A stretch of DNA of 64,000 bases from the human T2T-CHM13v2.0 reference genome, Homo sapiens: assembly GCF_009914755.1 (NCBI RefSeq), contig NC_060936.1; one strand, given 5' to 3'. The position numbers and the translations under genes were made by a program. Shown one piece after another: positions 1 through 20,141 of this stretch; positions within the stretch are counted from its first letter, which is position 1; each line of letters opens with the position of its first letter. Under the pieces are notes generated by a model. It was not told the origin of the DNA. It was given only the letters and a program-made list of their open reading frames with translations, and made no database searches.

Positions 1-480
1 TTGCATGGGTGCCTATGATTCTACTGTGAGGAAATACCACAGTTTATTCAACTAGTCTCCTACTGAATATCTGGACTGTTTCCAGTCTTTTGCTATTACA
101 AATAGTGCTGCAGTGACCAACCTTGTGTGTATATTTTCTTCATATTTTTGCCAGTGAATCCTTGGGATATCTTCCTGGAAGTTAGGTTTCTGAGTCAAAG
201 AGCATTTGCATATGTCATTTTGCTATGTAGTGCTAAGTTATTCTCCACGAGGCTTGTACTATTTTTGTATTCCTATCAGCAATGTGTAAAAGTGCCTGTT
301 AACCGAAGCCTGGTAATGAAGTATACTTGTGAACTTTGGAGTTTTGCCAATCTGATAGGTGGAAAGTGAGAATTTATGATGAGCCAAGTTAAGTATATTT
401 TCCAATGTCTTTGCATTTTTTGTGTGTAAAATATCTTCTCATTTAAAAATACAATTCTTGGCCTTTCTCTTTTCCATTTT
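1..480 (-). mobile_element. old L1M (L1ME-like) fragment
   Basis: Antisense L1 3'-region motifs (tttccagtcttttgctattacaaatagtgctgc, cctatcagcaatgtg, ttttgccaatctgataggt); degenerate. Confidence 0.6.
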
Positions 481-490
481 TAGAAAAAAA

Positions 491-810
<320 letters not shown>

Positions 811-893
811 TAGAAATTATTTATATGTTAAGAACATTAACCTTTTGTGATGTAAGTTGCATGTAAAATGAGGTCTTATTGGTAGGCTCTAAC

Positions 894-1202
<309 letters not shown>

Positions 1203-1370
1203 TAAGAGATTAGGACACAGACACAGGGGAAAGACCATGAGAAGACAAAGAGAAGGCAGCCATCCACAAACCAAGGAGAAAGGCATCAGAAGAAACCAAC
1301 CCTGATGATGCCTTGATTTCAAACTTGTAGCCTCCAAAATCACGAGAAAGTGAATTTCTGTTGTTTAACT

Positions 1371-1695
1371 CAGCAGTCCCCAAACTTTTTGGCACCAAGG
1401 ACCAGTTTGGAGGACAATTTTTCCATGGACTTGGGCGGGGGATGATTTCAGGACGAAACTCTTCAGTTCAATAGTCATTAGATTCTCTCATAAGGAGTGT
1501 GCAACCTACATGCTTCGGATGTGCAGTTCACAATAGGTTTCGCACTCCTATGGGAAACTAATGCTGCTGTTGATCTGACAGGAGGCAGAACTTAGGCAGT
1601 AATGCTCACTTGCTGCTCACCTCCCACTGTGTGTCCCCATTCCTAACAGGCCACGGACTGGTACCAGTCCACGGCCTGGGGGTTGGGAACCCCTG
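1371..1695 (-). mobile_element. MER1B hAT-Charlie MITE
   Basis: TIRs cagcagtccccaa / ttgggaacccctg; internal ccacggactggtaccagtccacgg; 8-bp TSD gtttaact (1363-1370) vs gtttaagc (1696-1703). Confidence 0.85.
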
Positions 1696-1799
1696 GTTTA
1701 AGCCACCCAGCCTGTGATTGTTGTAGTAAACCTAGCAAACTAATACACAACTTTTTGTCTTATCAGATTTATTAATCTTTTTCCCTTATTGCTTCTAGG

Positions 1800-2132
<333 letters not shown>

Positions 2133-2407
2133 TAGCAAAGAAATGTCCTCTAATCCCAATAGAGAAATTCACCTTTGCTTTCTTCTAGTATTTGCACCAT
2201 TTCATTTTTCCCCAAGAAATTTTTAACTTTATAAAAGTTTTAAATTTACAGAAAAGTTGTAAAGATAGTACAGAGCATTTTTGTATACCCCTCACTCAGT
2301 TTACCCTATTGTTAACATTTTATTTTGCTGTGGTACATTTGTGAAAACCAAGGAACCAACATTGATACCTGGCTACTAAGCTCTGCACTTTATTTGGATT
2401 TCACTAG

Positions 2408-3154
<747 letters not shown>

Positions 3155-4110
3155 TCACTAGGTTTTTTCTGATATCTCATCCAAGATGCCACATTACATT
3201 TATTTGTCATGTCTCCTCAGTTGCCTCCAGGTTGTGACAGTTTCTCAGACTTTCCTCGTTTTTGATGGCCCTGACAAGTTATAGGAATACTGGCCATGAA
3301 TTTTGTAGAATATCCCTCCATTGGTGTTTGGTGTTTTTCTCACATACAGACTGGGGTTACAGACTACTGAAAGACCACAGAGACAAGTTTTATTCTCATC
3401 ACAATCACATCAAGGGCACATGATATCAACATGACTTATCATTGATGATGTTAACTTTGATGATCTGGCTGAGGTAGAGTTTACCAGGTTTCTCCACCAT
3501 AAAGTTACATTTTTCCTCCCCTTTTCATGCCCTGTGTTTGGAAGCCCAGAACATATTCAAGTGTGGGAAGGGAATTAAGCTCTATCTCCTTGAGGGAGAA
3601 GTACGTATTTAAATTATTTGGCATTCTTCTGTATGGCACATTTGTTTCTTCTTCCCTATTTATTTATTTATTTATTCCTTTATTAATTGTAGATAGATGC
3701 ATGGATATGTATTTTATACTTTGAGGTCTATTGTAATACTATGTTATTTATTTTGTTGCTCAAATTCTTCCAGGTTTGGCTATTGGAAGCTCTTTTGTGT
3801 TGGCTCCTATGTCTTTTTGACATGCCTCCATCCTTTTGCTCTGAGCACATCTCGATTTCCTGGGACTAACAGATGTTTCAGGCTCATTTTGTATGTTCCC
3901 TGCCCTAACCCTAAAATCAGCCACTTCTCCAAGCCCTAGATCCTTTTCTTGAAGAATGGACTTAGAAATAAGCACTGGATGCCATTTTTCACATTTTAAT
4001 ATTTGGTCCATTTGGAACTTATCCTGGTACATAGTGCGAAGAATGGGTCTAATTTTACCTTTATTCATATGGCTAACCAATTATTCCAACAGCATTTATT
4101 AAGAAGTCCA

Positions 4111-4410
4111 GGCTGGACACAGTGGCTCATGTCTATAATCCTAGCACTTTGGTAGACTGAGGCAGGAGGCTCACTTGAGCCCAGGAGTTCTATACTAAAC
4201 TGGGCAACATAGACCCCATCTCTACAAAAAATGTTTTAAAAATTGGGTGTAGTGGTGCACATCTGTAGTCTCAGCTACTCAGGAGGTTGAGGCAGGGAAA
4301 TCACTTGAGCCCAGGAGTTCAAGGCTGCAGTGAGCTATAATAGCATGACTGCACCCTTGGATGACAGAGCCAGTCACTATCTACCCCAAAAATTAAAAAT
4401 TAAAAAACCA
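4111..4410 (+). mobile_element. AluJ
   Basis: Diverged sense Alu. Confidence 0.9.
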
Positions 4411-4414
4411 TAAA

Positions 4415-5630
4415 GTCTATTTTTCTCCCACTGCTTTGAGATGCCATCTTTATCATACACTAGATTTTCATATGCAATTGCCTCTTTTTCTGGCTTTTCC
4501 ATTCTGTTCCATTGGTTGATCTGTCTGTTAATGCACCATTACCCTACTAGTTTACTTATACATGATTTATAATATTTGTTTTAATATCTGATAAGATTAA
4601 ACTTGTTACTGCTCTTCTTTTCTGGATTTTCCTATTTGTTCTTATTTGGTCTTTCATATGAACTTTATTATCAACCTGTCTAGTTCCAGCAAAAAGAATC
4701 TGATGGTAGTTTTATTGAGATTGTGATTATTTTATATATTAATTTAAGGAGTAATGATATCTTTATAACATTGAGTCTTCCTATACAAATTCATTGTATG
4801 TCTCTCTATTTGTCTTATGTCTTTCAAAAGTGTTTAGTATAGTTTTCTTCATATAGGAACATTCCCTGTTATTTATTCCCTATTAATTCATTTGTTCATC
4901 CATTCATTTACACTATGATAAATGGGATATTTGCCATCATACCTTCTATTAATACTAGCTGTTGCTTGTGTATGTGAAGGCTGTTGCTATCTGAAGTCTT
5001 ACTGAATTCTCTTCTTGTTTATGGTATCTCTTCAGCTGACTCTCTTTGGTTTCCTGGAGTTATAAGTATTCATATTTGCAAATGGTATGAGTCGTACTTC
5101 TTCCTTTCCAAGTTTTACATCGCTAATTTTGTCCTCTTGTTTTCTTGCATTCACAAATACCTTTTTTCAGTATGGTGGCATTCTTTGACTTATTGTGATG
5201 ATAGATCATTTTGATGATATCTATTGAGGAAATGCCCTCAATAGATAAAAGGTTTGAAGGTTTTTTTTTTTGCAACGTGTGTGTGTGTGCACATGCAAGT
5301 GTATTTTGACCAGGTCAAGCATGTATCTATTTCTACTTTAATGGCTTTTAAAATCAACAATAAGTGTCAAATTTTCTCAGATATCTTTTCAGCATCTTGA
5401 AGATGATTATATGATTTTTTCTCCCTAACCTCTTTATTTTATTATTGATTCTTCAAATGTAAATCCTACTTGCATTCCTAAAATAAGTGCTACTTGGTCA
5501 TGATGTATTATTTTTTAATAGGCTACCAGATGCTCTTTGATTCTATTTTATTTGAGATTTTTTTCATTGATATTTATAATTAATATTAATCTGTACTTCT
5601 CACTTTGCCAGGTTTTGGTATTGTTATATG
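4415..5630 (-). mobile_element. old L1M ORF2 fragments
   Basis: Antisense L1 motifs (attctgttccattgg, attgagtcttcctat, ttgcattcctaaaataa..tacttggtcatgatgtatta). Confidence 0.6.
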
Positions 5631-5654
5631 CACTTCATAAAAGCAGTTTGGTAC

Positions 5655-7075
<1,421 letters not shown>

Positions 7076-7199
7076 GTTGGATGGAGGAGGCGCCATGTGC
7101 TGTTGGTATTAGTGCTGTCAGGCTGCTTTTGATTCTTCAGCACCCAGTTGTCTCAAACCCTTTGCCACTTCTACTGAAGACTAGGATCTTGCCAGGAAA

Positions 7200-7911
<712 letters not shown>

Positions 7912-7959
7912 GTTAAAAATGGATAAAGGGATAGCATTTTGCTTTTGAAAGCACACACA

Positions 7960-7962
<3 letters not shown>

Positions 7963-8012
<50 letters not shown>
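7963..8012. repeat. (TA)25 microsatellite
   Basis: Direct reading. Confidence 0.95.
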
Positions 8013-8015
<3 letters not shown>

Positions 8016-8048
8016 TATATACTATAGGCTGTCTTTTCATTTCACAGG

Positions 8049-8124
8049 CAAACCTTTCATTTGTTAAAAAAAAAAGGCAGTATCTGTGAATTGCAATAAA
8101 GTGCAATAAAATGAGTTATGCCTG
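8049..8124 (-). mobile_element. Tigger1 left terminus, inverted
   Basis: Reverse complement reads caggcataactcattttattgcac-tttattgcaattcacagatactgc..acaaatgaaaggtttg, the Tigger1 5' end. Confidence 0.8.
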
Positions 8125-8209
8125 TATATATACTGGATGCGTATATACACAGTATATGTAGTATATATATGTAACATATGTATATACTTATATACTACAT
8201 TTGTATATA

Positions 8210-10484
8210 GTAGGCCAATTAATAGGCCAAATAAACCAATTAATAACCTTATGATGGCCTCTACGTGTTCAAGAGAAAGGAATAGTTGCAAGTCTCTCAC
8301 TTTTAATCAAAAGCTAGAAATGATGAAGCATAATGAGAAAGGCATGGCAAAAGCTGAGACAGGGCAAAAGCTAGGCCTCTTGTGCCAAACAATTAGCAAA
8401 GGTGTGAGTGCAAAAGAAAACTCTTGAAGGAAATTAAAAGTGATACTCCAGTGAATACATAAATGATAAGAAAGTGAAATAGCCTTATTGTTGATATGGA
8501 GAGAGTTTAAGTGGTCTGGATAGAAGAAAGCCAGATACAACATTTCCTTAAGCTAAAGCCTAATCCACAGCAAGGCCCTAACTCCCTTCCAATTCTATGA
8601 AGGCTGAGAGAAGTGAGGAAGCTGCAGAAGAAAAGCTGGAAGCTAGCAGAAGTTGGTTCATGAGGTTTAAGCAAAGAAGCCATCTTCATAACATAAAAAT
8701 ACAAGGTGAAACATCAAGTGCTGGGTGGAGAAGCTGCAGCAAGTTATCCAGCTAAGATCATGAATGAAGGTGGCTACACTAAACAAAAGATTGTAGACCA
8801 AACAGCACTCTATTGGAAGAATACACCATCTAGGCCTTTCATAGCTAGAGAGGAGAAGTCAATGCCTGGCTTCAAAGCTTCAAAGGACAGGCTGACTCTC
8901 TTGTAAGGGGCTAAGGTAGCTGATGACTTTAAGTTGAAGCCAATACTCATTGACCATTCTGAAAATCCCAGGGCCCCTAAGAATTATGCTAAATCTACTC
9001 TGCTTGTGTTCTATACATGAAACAACAAAGCCTGAATGACTGCACATGTGTTTACAACATGGTTAACTGAATATTTTAAGCCCTCCATTGGGACCTACTA
9101 CTCAGAAGAAAAGATTCCTTTCAAAATATTATTGCTCATTGATAATGCACCTGGTCACCCAAGAGCTCTAATGGAAAAGCACAAGGAGATTAATATTTTC
9201 ATGCCTGCTAACATAACATCCATTTTGTAGTCCATGGATCAAGGAGTAATTCTGACTTTCAAGTCTTACTATTTAAGAATTATGTTTTGTAAGGCTATTG
9301 CTACCATAGACAGTGATTTCTCCAATGGATCTGATCAAAGTAAATGGAAAACCTCTGGCAAGGATCTATACATTTAGATGCCATTAAAAATATTTGTGAG
9401 TCAAGGGAGGAGGTGAAAATATCAACAATAAGTGGTATTAGGAAGGAGTTGATTCCAACTCTCATGGATGACTTCGAGTTCAAAACTTCAGTGGGGGAAG
9501 TAACTGCAGATGTGGTAGAAATGGCAAGATAACTAGAATAAAAAGTGGATACTGAAAATATGACCAAATTGCTGCAATCTCATTATAAAACTTGAGCAGA
9601 TGAGGAGATACTTTTTATCGATGAGCAAAGAAAGTGGTTTCTTGAGATGAAGTCTGTCTCTGGTGAAGATGCTATGAACATTACTGAAATGACAACAAAA
9701 AATTTAGAATATTACATAAACTTAGTTGATAAAGTAACAGCAGGGTTTGATAGGATTGACTCCCATTTTGAAAGTTATACTGTGGGTAAGCCGCTATTAA
9801 ACAGCATTGCATACTACAGAGAAATCTTCTGTGAAAGAGTCAACTGATGTGGCAAACTTCATTATTGTCTCATTTTGAGAAATTGCAAAAAAAAAAAAAA
9901 AAAATACTGGGCATGGTAGCACACACCTGTAGTCCCAGCTACTCAGGAACACTGAAGTAGGAGGATCGCTTGAGCCCGAAAGGTTGAGGCTTCAGTGAGC
10001 CATGACTGTGCCACTGCACTCAAGCCTGGGCAACAGAGAGAGACCCTGAAAAAAAAAAAAAGAAAGAAAAAGAAAGAAGGAAGGAAGGAAGGAAAGAAGG
10101 AAAAAAAAGAAAAAAAGAAAGAAAGAAAAAAAGAAAGAGAAAAAGAAAAGAAATAGCCATAGCCACCCAACCTTCACCAACCACCACCCTGGTCAGTCAG
10201 TAGCCATCAACATGGAGGCCTGACACTCCACCAGCAAAATATTGTGACTTGCTGAAGCCTCACGTGATTGTTAGCATTTTTTGGCAGTATTTTTAAATTG
10301 AGGTATGTACATTGTGTTTTTTAGACATAATGCTATTGCACATAACAGACTATATAGTACGGTATATAAACATAACTTTTATATGGACAGGAAAACAAAA
10401 AAATGTGTGATTTGCTTTATTATGATACTTGCTTTATTGTGGTGATCTGGAACTGAACCTGCGATATCTTAAAAGGTATGCCTG
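8210..10484 (+). mobile_element. Tigger1 DNA transposon, most of body, disrupted transposase
   Basis: Transposase fragments [53 protein letters not shown]; right TIR ..ggtatgcctg at 10484. Confidence 0.95.
9887..10152 (+). mobile_element. FRAM/AluJ right monomer with (GAAA/GGAA) tail inside Tigger1
   Basis: Single right arm; flanks gaaattgc / gaaatagc. Confidence 0.85.
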
Positions 10485-11004
10485 TGTATAGTGTGTGCGC
10501 GTGTGTGTGTGTGTGTGTACCCATGAATGCATATATTAAAATGCTGGTTTTAGTATTCTTAGAAGGCATTTATGAAAACAATTCTTGCACCTCTCAGAGT
10601 AGCTATGTGCCTCTTGAACTTGGATATATATTTAGAACATTCAGATAAAAATGCAAATATGATTTTTGTTTGCTTTTTATGGAAAGTTATGGTGAATATT
10701 TTAATTATATTGAATAGTTCTTTGATATAATTTATGAAACCACATACTTAAAAATCTAAAATGATGTAGATTATTAGAATCTACAACTTTATTGGCAAAT
10801 TATTTTTCTATAATAACCATTTCCCTAAATAAACATACTTTTGAAAACAATCATGTGCCATACTTTAAACAAATGATTTCTCTGTTTATAGGATAAACAA
10901 ACATGGTCCTCTTGAGGTTATATTTTGGAGTATACATTTAAAAACTGTCAGTAAAAACTGTCTGGTGTTCAGCTCATTAGCCAGTGTTCATTTTAATTAT
11001 TTAA

Positions 11005-11175
11005 AAATTTATTTTTAAATCTCAATAGCTTTAGGGGTATCGGTAGTTTTTGGTTACATGGATGAACTCTATAGTGGTGAAATCTGGACTTTTAGTATAC
11101 CAGTCACCCAAACAGTGTACATTGTACCCAGTAGGTAAATTTTCATTCCTTACCCCCCTTCCATCCTCCCCCTCA
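11005..11175 (-). mobile_element. L1MA/PB 3' end fragment
   Basis: ttttggttacatggatgaa..tatagtggtgaa..gtgtacattgtacccagtagg. Confidence 0.75.
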
Positions 11176-11518
11176 TTTTAATTCTTGAGCATTGATTAGT
11201 AAAGCTTTTCCTTTTTTTAAGTTCTACCTAATTTGTCTTATTTTTAGCTAAGTGGGTCACACAGCTCTAAAACCTATTATTTATGGAAGCTAACATTAAA
11301 ATAAAAATCCAGGTCAATACACATGTAAATCATGGTTGTCCTACATTGGAATAAGTTGCCAACTCTGCCTTTAGATACATTATCTAATGTAACAGTCAAG
11401 TTTACTTAATGGCAACAAATCAGTATGTGCTCTTCAGTGACAAGCAGTGATAGTGCCTTCATCTATCAAAAAAGTGAGAGGAAAACATATCATTACTTTG
11501 TACACTTAAATTGTTTCA

Positions 11519-11815
<297 letters not shown>

Positions 11816-12070
11816 TTATTTCAGTGAAAAATAATTGAAATTGTGATTTTAATTAACATTTTAATGACAAATTTAATGTATGTAATTGCCTATTCATTTT
11901 AAGTTAATCTCCTAAAAATCTGACTTGAGACATATATTTTGTTTGCATTATGAACAGTAAGCAATCTGAGATGTTAGGTTTTCTCACCTGATATTGTATT
12001 TGTATACAAAGATAAATGTTGCTTTAATAAGTAATTATAATTGTGAATAGAATATGTATTTGATACTTGA

Positions 12071-12367
12071 TTTTTTTGAGACAGGGTCTCGCTCTGTTGC
12101 CCAAGCTGGAGTACAGTGGCACAATCATAGCCCACCGCATCCCTTTAACTCCTGGGCTCAAGTGATTCTCCAGTCTCAGTCCCCTGAGTGGCTGGGACTA
12201 CAGGTATGCGCTACCATGCCTGGCTAATTTTTAGAATTTTTTTTTAAGAGATGGTCTCTACAAAAAGTGACCATCAAGGTTGGTCTCAAACTCCTGGCCT
12301 TAAGCGATCCTCCCACCTTGGCCTCCCAAAGTGCTGGCATTACAGGCACAAGCTACTGTGCCAAGCC
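12071..12367 (-). mobile_element. AluJ
   Basis: TSD atacttgattttt on both sides. Confidence 0.9.
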
Positions 12368-12377
12368 AATACTTGAT

Positions 12378-12655
12378 TTTTTTTTTTTTTTTTTTTTTTT
12401 TGAGACAGTCTCACTTTGCCGCCCAGGCTGGAGTGCAGTGGTGTGATCTCGGCTCACTGCAACCTCTACCTCCTGGGTTCAAGCGATTCTTGTGCCTCAG
12501 CAGGGCGCCACCACACTCAGCAAATTTTTGTATTTTTAGTAGAGACGGGGTTTCACCATGTCGGCCAGGATGGTCTCGATCTCTTGACCTTGTGATCCAC
12601 CTGCCTTGGCCTCCCTAAGTGCTGGGATTACAGGTGTGAACCACCGCGCCTGGCC
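12378..12655 (-). mobile_element. AluS with small internal deletion
   Basis: Inserted in the T-run of the preceding TSD. Confidence 0.9.
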
Positions 12656-12949
12656 TAAAAAATTTTTTTAAATATTTTCATAGCTTAAAAAAATATGTTC
12701 CCTCTTCTTCCTCTTCCCCTTCTCTCTACTGTTTCCCCTTTTCTTCTCTTTGTGGGCAATTCAATCCAAGGCCATTAAAAAAACTGGCCAGGTGGGCTTC
12801 CACGGCAGGGTAGAAAGACAGAGTTGGAGGAGGATATCCATGTGGGGCGAGGGTGGTATGGAATTTCAGAGCCCAAATGGAATGAAGAGGAAGTCAGTGC
12901 AGGAGAGTGGCCTCCTCCTGCAGTACCAAAGCCCAAGGAGGGTACCCAT

Positions 12950-13173
12950 GTGGAAGAAGGAGCTGCAGTAGTGATGAGATTGATTACACAGAGTGGGATT
13001 AATCAAATAAGTTAACACTTTACATTAAAGATAATGGGAACCAGGTGTCTGTCAGAGAAGGGGCAGACAAATATGGAAAGGGAGAAAGCAAAAATGAACC
13101 CTGTGTTATTAATTTGAAATTAGAGATTCTGGTGTGAATTCATGGTTGTCAACATACAGACATGTAGAAATAT

Positions 13174-13223
<50 letters not shown>

Positions 13224-13600
13224 ATTTATAGCAATGAGCCTATGCAGCATCAAACCTTGGTTTCTAGATACCATTCTCCACTAAAAGGACTTTTCCTCAG
13301 AACTTTCCTTGATGAAATGGATGATTCAAGGCTGGGGCAGGGAAAACGCAAAACAAAACCGGAACGCCTGGTGTTAGAAAGTTAGAAACTGCTCAGAATT
13401 ATGGGGATATGTCAAAAGGACACAGAAGTCAACTTGAATAAGGCTCTCACTAGCCAAATCTGGGGCAACTTGAGCATCAAAATAATGACAGTAATGAATT
13501 ATAACCCATTGAATGAAACAGAAATCTGTGGGTCCATATTGACTTAAATAAGTCAATGAATTCACTGAAAGTTTGATGAGTAATGGGAATATTTATGAAG
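12950..13600 (+). mobile_element. L1MC-like 3' region containing (TG)n at 13175-13220
   Basis: agccaaatctggggcaacttgagcatcaaaataatgacagtaatgaattataacccattgaat. Confidence 0.6.
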
Positions 13601-13631
13601 AGGCTAAGTTGACCCTAAAAAGACTCCTTTT

Positions 13632-13934
<303 letters not shown>

Positions 13935-14706
13935 TCCAACTCCTTATAGTGGAAGGTTATTGAGTTATGCTTAATAATTGGAAAATTTACGACTTTTCCC
14001 TGCCATCAGCAGGAATGGGAGCATCAAGACAAGTTACAGAAAATAAAGAGTGCTGTATGTTTTATACATTTGGGTATAGTGTGCAAAATTTAGATTCTGC
14101 TACATGGAGCAACAATTTGATCAAAGACTTTCATGTTCCTTCACCTCCATGAGGTTCTAACAACCCCAGCCAATCCAATCAATTTCCAGGCTAAAAAGCC
14201 TAAAGGCAGATATACCTTCAATTGTCTATCACAATACAAACAGCTATCAGCTACCATGTATTGAGTACTCACTCTGCGAATGAACAGGATAATACATTAT
14301 GTTACTCAATAAACACAATTTTAGCAGATGGGGACTATTAGTCTACATTTTTTGGGGGGAAAAAGGCCCAGTCAAGTTAAGGTACTTGATCAAAGTAGCA
14401 GAGTCCTCATTAAAATCTATTTAGCTATAGCACCTGGACTATGAGTCACCACACCATATTGTCCAGTCGTGTCACATTGAAACTCAGGTTTCATCTACTC
14501 AAGCTTTCATAAATCTTGAGAGGAGGAGAAGGGACATGGTTAAGACAACCCACCAGAGACCAACTAAGCCAAGGGAGTTGGAGGTGACATCTTTCATAAG
14601 CATAAAGGCACGGACAGATACATTCTTGTTCAAATTCTGTCACTCCTATAATCTGCCCTTCTCAGAAGCAACCAGCAATGGGACTAGTGGTATATTTTGG
14701 GACTAC

Positions 14707-15651
<945 letters not shown>

Positions 15652-18600
15652 TTCTCCCTCTTCTAGCTAAGATTTTCCAGAGGCAACATCAATGGCCACC
15701 AAACTTTTATTTTGTCCCACAACAATTGCTGAGGTGGCATGGCTGGCTGCCCTGGCTTTTCCTGTCCCTTGGTGGGACCCCTATGGTCAAGGGACTTAAG
15801 AGTCAAAAGACTTACAGCCAATTTAAATGTTCTAGGCCAGATGGGAATGAATGTGAACAGGCATTCACTAACCCTTAAAATTTTTAAGGTAATATAAAAG
15901 CCAACAAATGAAAAGCCAGAGGCGAGGTTACAAAATTGACTTATCTACCTTTAACCTCTATGTATTGAGCTACTGTGATCTTGGTTTTAGTTACAGATGA
16001 ATTGCAATGAATTATACAAAACAATCATTATTAAAACCTTTTAAGCTAAGAAATTTGGAGACTTTTGTTGTGCTGCCATGCTTTTTGTGGTCTTTTAGTG
16101 ATTTGTCCTAAGGTGGCCGATAAATTTTTTTAAAAAAATATATCTATTGACATAAGTCTCATAACTGGGAGTATTATACTGAAGAGGCTTTGTCATGAAG
16201 TATTTTTATATTCTCTCAGTAATTTTATTTTAATTCTATGGGAAGCAGGAAATTCTTTATGGCTGGGATGGATAAAAAAGGTGCCACACATGTAATAACC
16301 CAGGAGGCAAAGTCTCTTATTTTACCAACTATTTAGGTGTCTGTGTACTCTTCCTTAATTGGGAGGATCTGAAATAATGCTTTCCCTCAAAACTGGGCCT
16401 TACAATCTAATGTGCCCACCTCTTCCACGATAGTCCCTGGGCCTAGAGGGAGGGTGCTTATATAGTTTTAGCAGCAGGGTATTTACAGTGAAAAACAGAT
16501 TGGGCCCAGGGGGATTCCAAATGAGGGAGATTCGCAGGATTTGTCAAATCATCTCAGTTTTCAGAGTATCATGATTCCAGTTTTCCCAGAAGAAGTAAAA
16601 CTATAAGAGATAACATTAATAATTTGACAATAAAAAAAATAATGTGTGTGTCAGAATAGAAAAAGGAACATATTCCATCAGGGCACCAACTAAAACATGA
16701 AGCAAATTATAACCTGGTACTCTTTAGAGGATTTTTGAAGCCCAGAAATAATTCATGAGTCAATCTGCACTCAAAAACAAAAGTCAGGGCTGGAATCTAG
16801 TAACAGATGTTATAGTTTTCCCTTGAAACAATTTCTTTCTTTCTCTAGCCCTCCTTTTCTGCTAAAGAGAAACTATAGTAAGACCAATTTGTGTGCAAAA
16901 TAAGTTTCAGGCTTATTATATTTGGCCTGATTATTCACATAAAGTCCAGCAAGAATTGACTGGTCATAGAGGCTCTTTTCAAGTTGGCTTTCTGGAACTT
17001 TACCTAAAAATGTGTTATTCTAGTAAAAGCCTTGGTAAAATAACCAGTGTCTCCAATTGTCCTGTTTTAAAATATAAAGCTTTTTACTGAATTTTTGCAA
17101 ATAACTATATTGTCATAAAGTCAAAATACTCATGAACAGTTTCTGGATTTTGGAGAACTCAGAAAGGAAAATATGCTCTCAAAAACATACTTTACCCGAT
17201 TGCTCTAAACTATAAATAACTCAAAAGATATCCTTGACTCTTATCTAATCAGAGCAGCAGTCTTCCAAACAAGATGTCATTTGTTCATTTTGGAAGTGCC
17301 ACTGACAACCGAAGCAGCTCTTGTCAGATGAGAGACGTTCATCAGGCACGGCACAATCTAGTAGCTCCTCACCTAGTGAGTCAGTCCTAAGGGAAAAAGA
17401 GGCTCCCTGTTCCTAAGTATCTCCTCCGTGCATCCCCAGGTAGCAAGAACCTATATAAATAATTTTTATTTTATCATGGAACTCTTTTGGGCACCATTAT
17501 TTCAATTAGCATAGGGATAGTTTCAGCTAACATCCCATAGCAAGGCAGCACATGTCTCTCAAGTGGGAACTCTCTAGTCCAAAGTCCCAGTAGTTGTCAT
17601 TGGGAAATGCTTACCGGCTTTTGCCATAAGCCTCAATAAACATGCCACAAAGAGCTATCAAGTGGAAGATTTGCCCTGACCAGCACTCCAACTTCTACCC
17701 TGTATTCTGGGAATCTTACTAGTTCTCATTTAGCATGTCCAGTTAACATTTCTCAAAGGACAGATTTACATGCCTTCAGTTTTGCAGTACTAGATAGGGG
17801 AAACATCCCCTAGTCAGACACAATACCCATTTTCATAAGACACTTAGGTAAAGGACTCAGAACTACCTTACATAAGGTAGTTGTTTAAACATCTCAAATT
17901 TCATAATCCTGTCAACCTTTACATTTTTATGTTCTGATCCCAGGAACTTCTCTACCCCCTAGACCATTTTGCCTTTTCTGGTGAAAAAGAATTTGGGTTC
18001 CCAACAGCGAGCTGGGCCAAGGGACTCAGCCTCTTTTATCAATCTTTATCTTAATTTGCCTCAACATTGCCCTAGGCAATGTCAGCTTTCTTATTTTAAC
18101 CTTTGCCTTTTAATTTTCCTTAGATTTCTCCTAAGGAAATGTATGAAATGTAGGACACTAGTATGGGGCCTTTTAATGTTGCGGGGCCAGCAGGGGCTCC
18201 CTTTGGTCCACCCAACCAACTTTTGACAGTGTTGTAAAGACCTTTGTTTTAACCTCATCAATTTTCATTTCATTTCATTTCTTAATAACCATCTAAAGAT
18301 TTCCACCCTTCTGGGATGAGTCCTTTGACTTCCTTTTGCCTTCCCCATTTATTTTTGGTTACATGTCCTAATGTTTTATAAGCATCTGTAAGACCCATGA
18401 AGGATAGCAAATTTGATAAGGCTCCTCAAACAGTTGTTCGGTTCTGCAAGAGTAATGTCACCCAGAGTGCCCATGTAGAAGGGATCCTCTTAACCACAGC
18501 ATTTACCACGATGTGGGTAATAGGCATATTAAGTGGGAGAATATCCTGGTCATCATAAAGCCAGTCTCACATGGCTCACATAAGAAGCATTATCAGCTGT

Positions 18601-18845
18601 TTTGTCTGGGGTGTCCCACTTAGCATTTAATAGGGAGAGTTGGGCAGTCCCCTTATCAGGGTAATCAGCCTTACAGTGGCTTTTATCTGGTTCACCAGGC
18701 TGGATATACCCTCAGGAATAACCTCCTGTGCAACTGGATAACATATACTCATCAGTGAGTGTTTAATAGTGGGCTGTGAGTCCTGTATCAACCCAAACTT
18801 GCTCTTTCATTATGTGGCATTTAAAATTAAAGATGCTGTCCTTAA

Positions 18846-19236
<391 letters not shown>

Positions 19237-19440
19237 TGCTCTGGTTTTAATAGTTACTTGGTTTTGCCTTACCCCACATTGACTATCTTCTTGGTAACCA
19301 CAAGTCATAGAGGCACTTTCTGTTGTCCCTGCATAAGTTTGCCCTTTGGGGGGCAGCTTTGAGGCTGGTGGCATAAGCTCAGACTGACTTAAATCAGACC
19401 TTGGTCTAGCAGCAAGGCTCAACCCAGACTTCTCCTTTAA

Positions 19441-19761
<321 letters not shown>

Positions 19762-20106
19762 TTTTAATTTCATTTTAACTATTACAGATAGCAATAACCA
19801 AGGGATTGGATATTTTGTTTTTATTCTTATTAGTTTGCATTTCCTTATGCACTCAGTGAAGTAACTTCCTGGGAGTATGAGTATCATCCATCTCTAAATT
19901 CCACTGGTAACTTTTACCTTTAGTAACTAAATGCAGCCCAGCTGCAGCTCCATACCATGGGTGACCACGCGACCACCAAGGAGTCAAAGGTTTTTCCTTA
20001 CCAGCCTTTTATTTTTCTCTCTATCCATTTAGTTTTATTTATATACTTCTTCTTTATTTTAATGTGTCCCCTAAATAGCCTCAAAATTAGAAAAAAAATT
20101 ACATTT

Positions 20107-20108
<2 letters not shown>

Positions 20109-20141
<33 letters not shown>

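Noticed and set aside
8137-9847. Tigger1 transposase as a domesticated TIGD1-like gene
   Set aside because: Broken by multiple stops and frameshifts into short pieces
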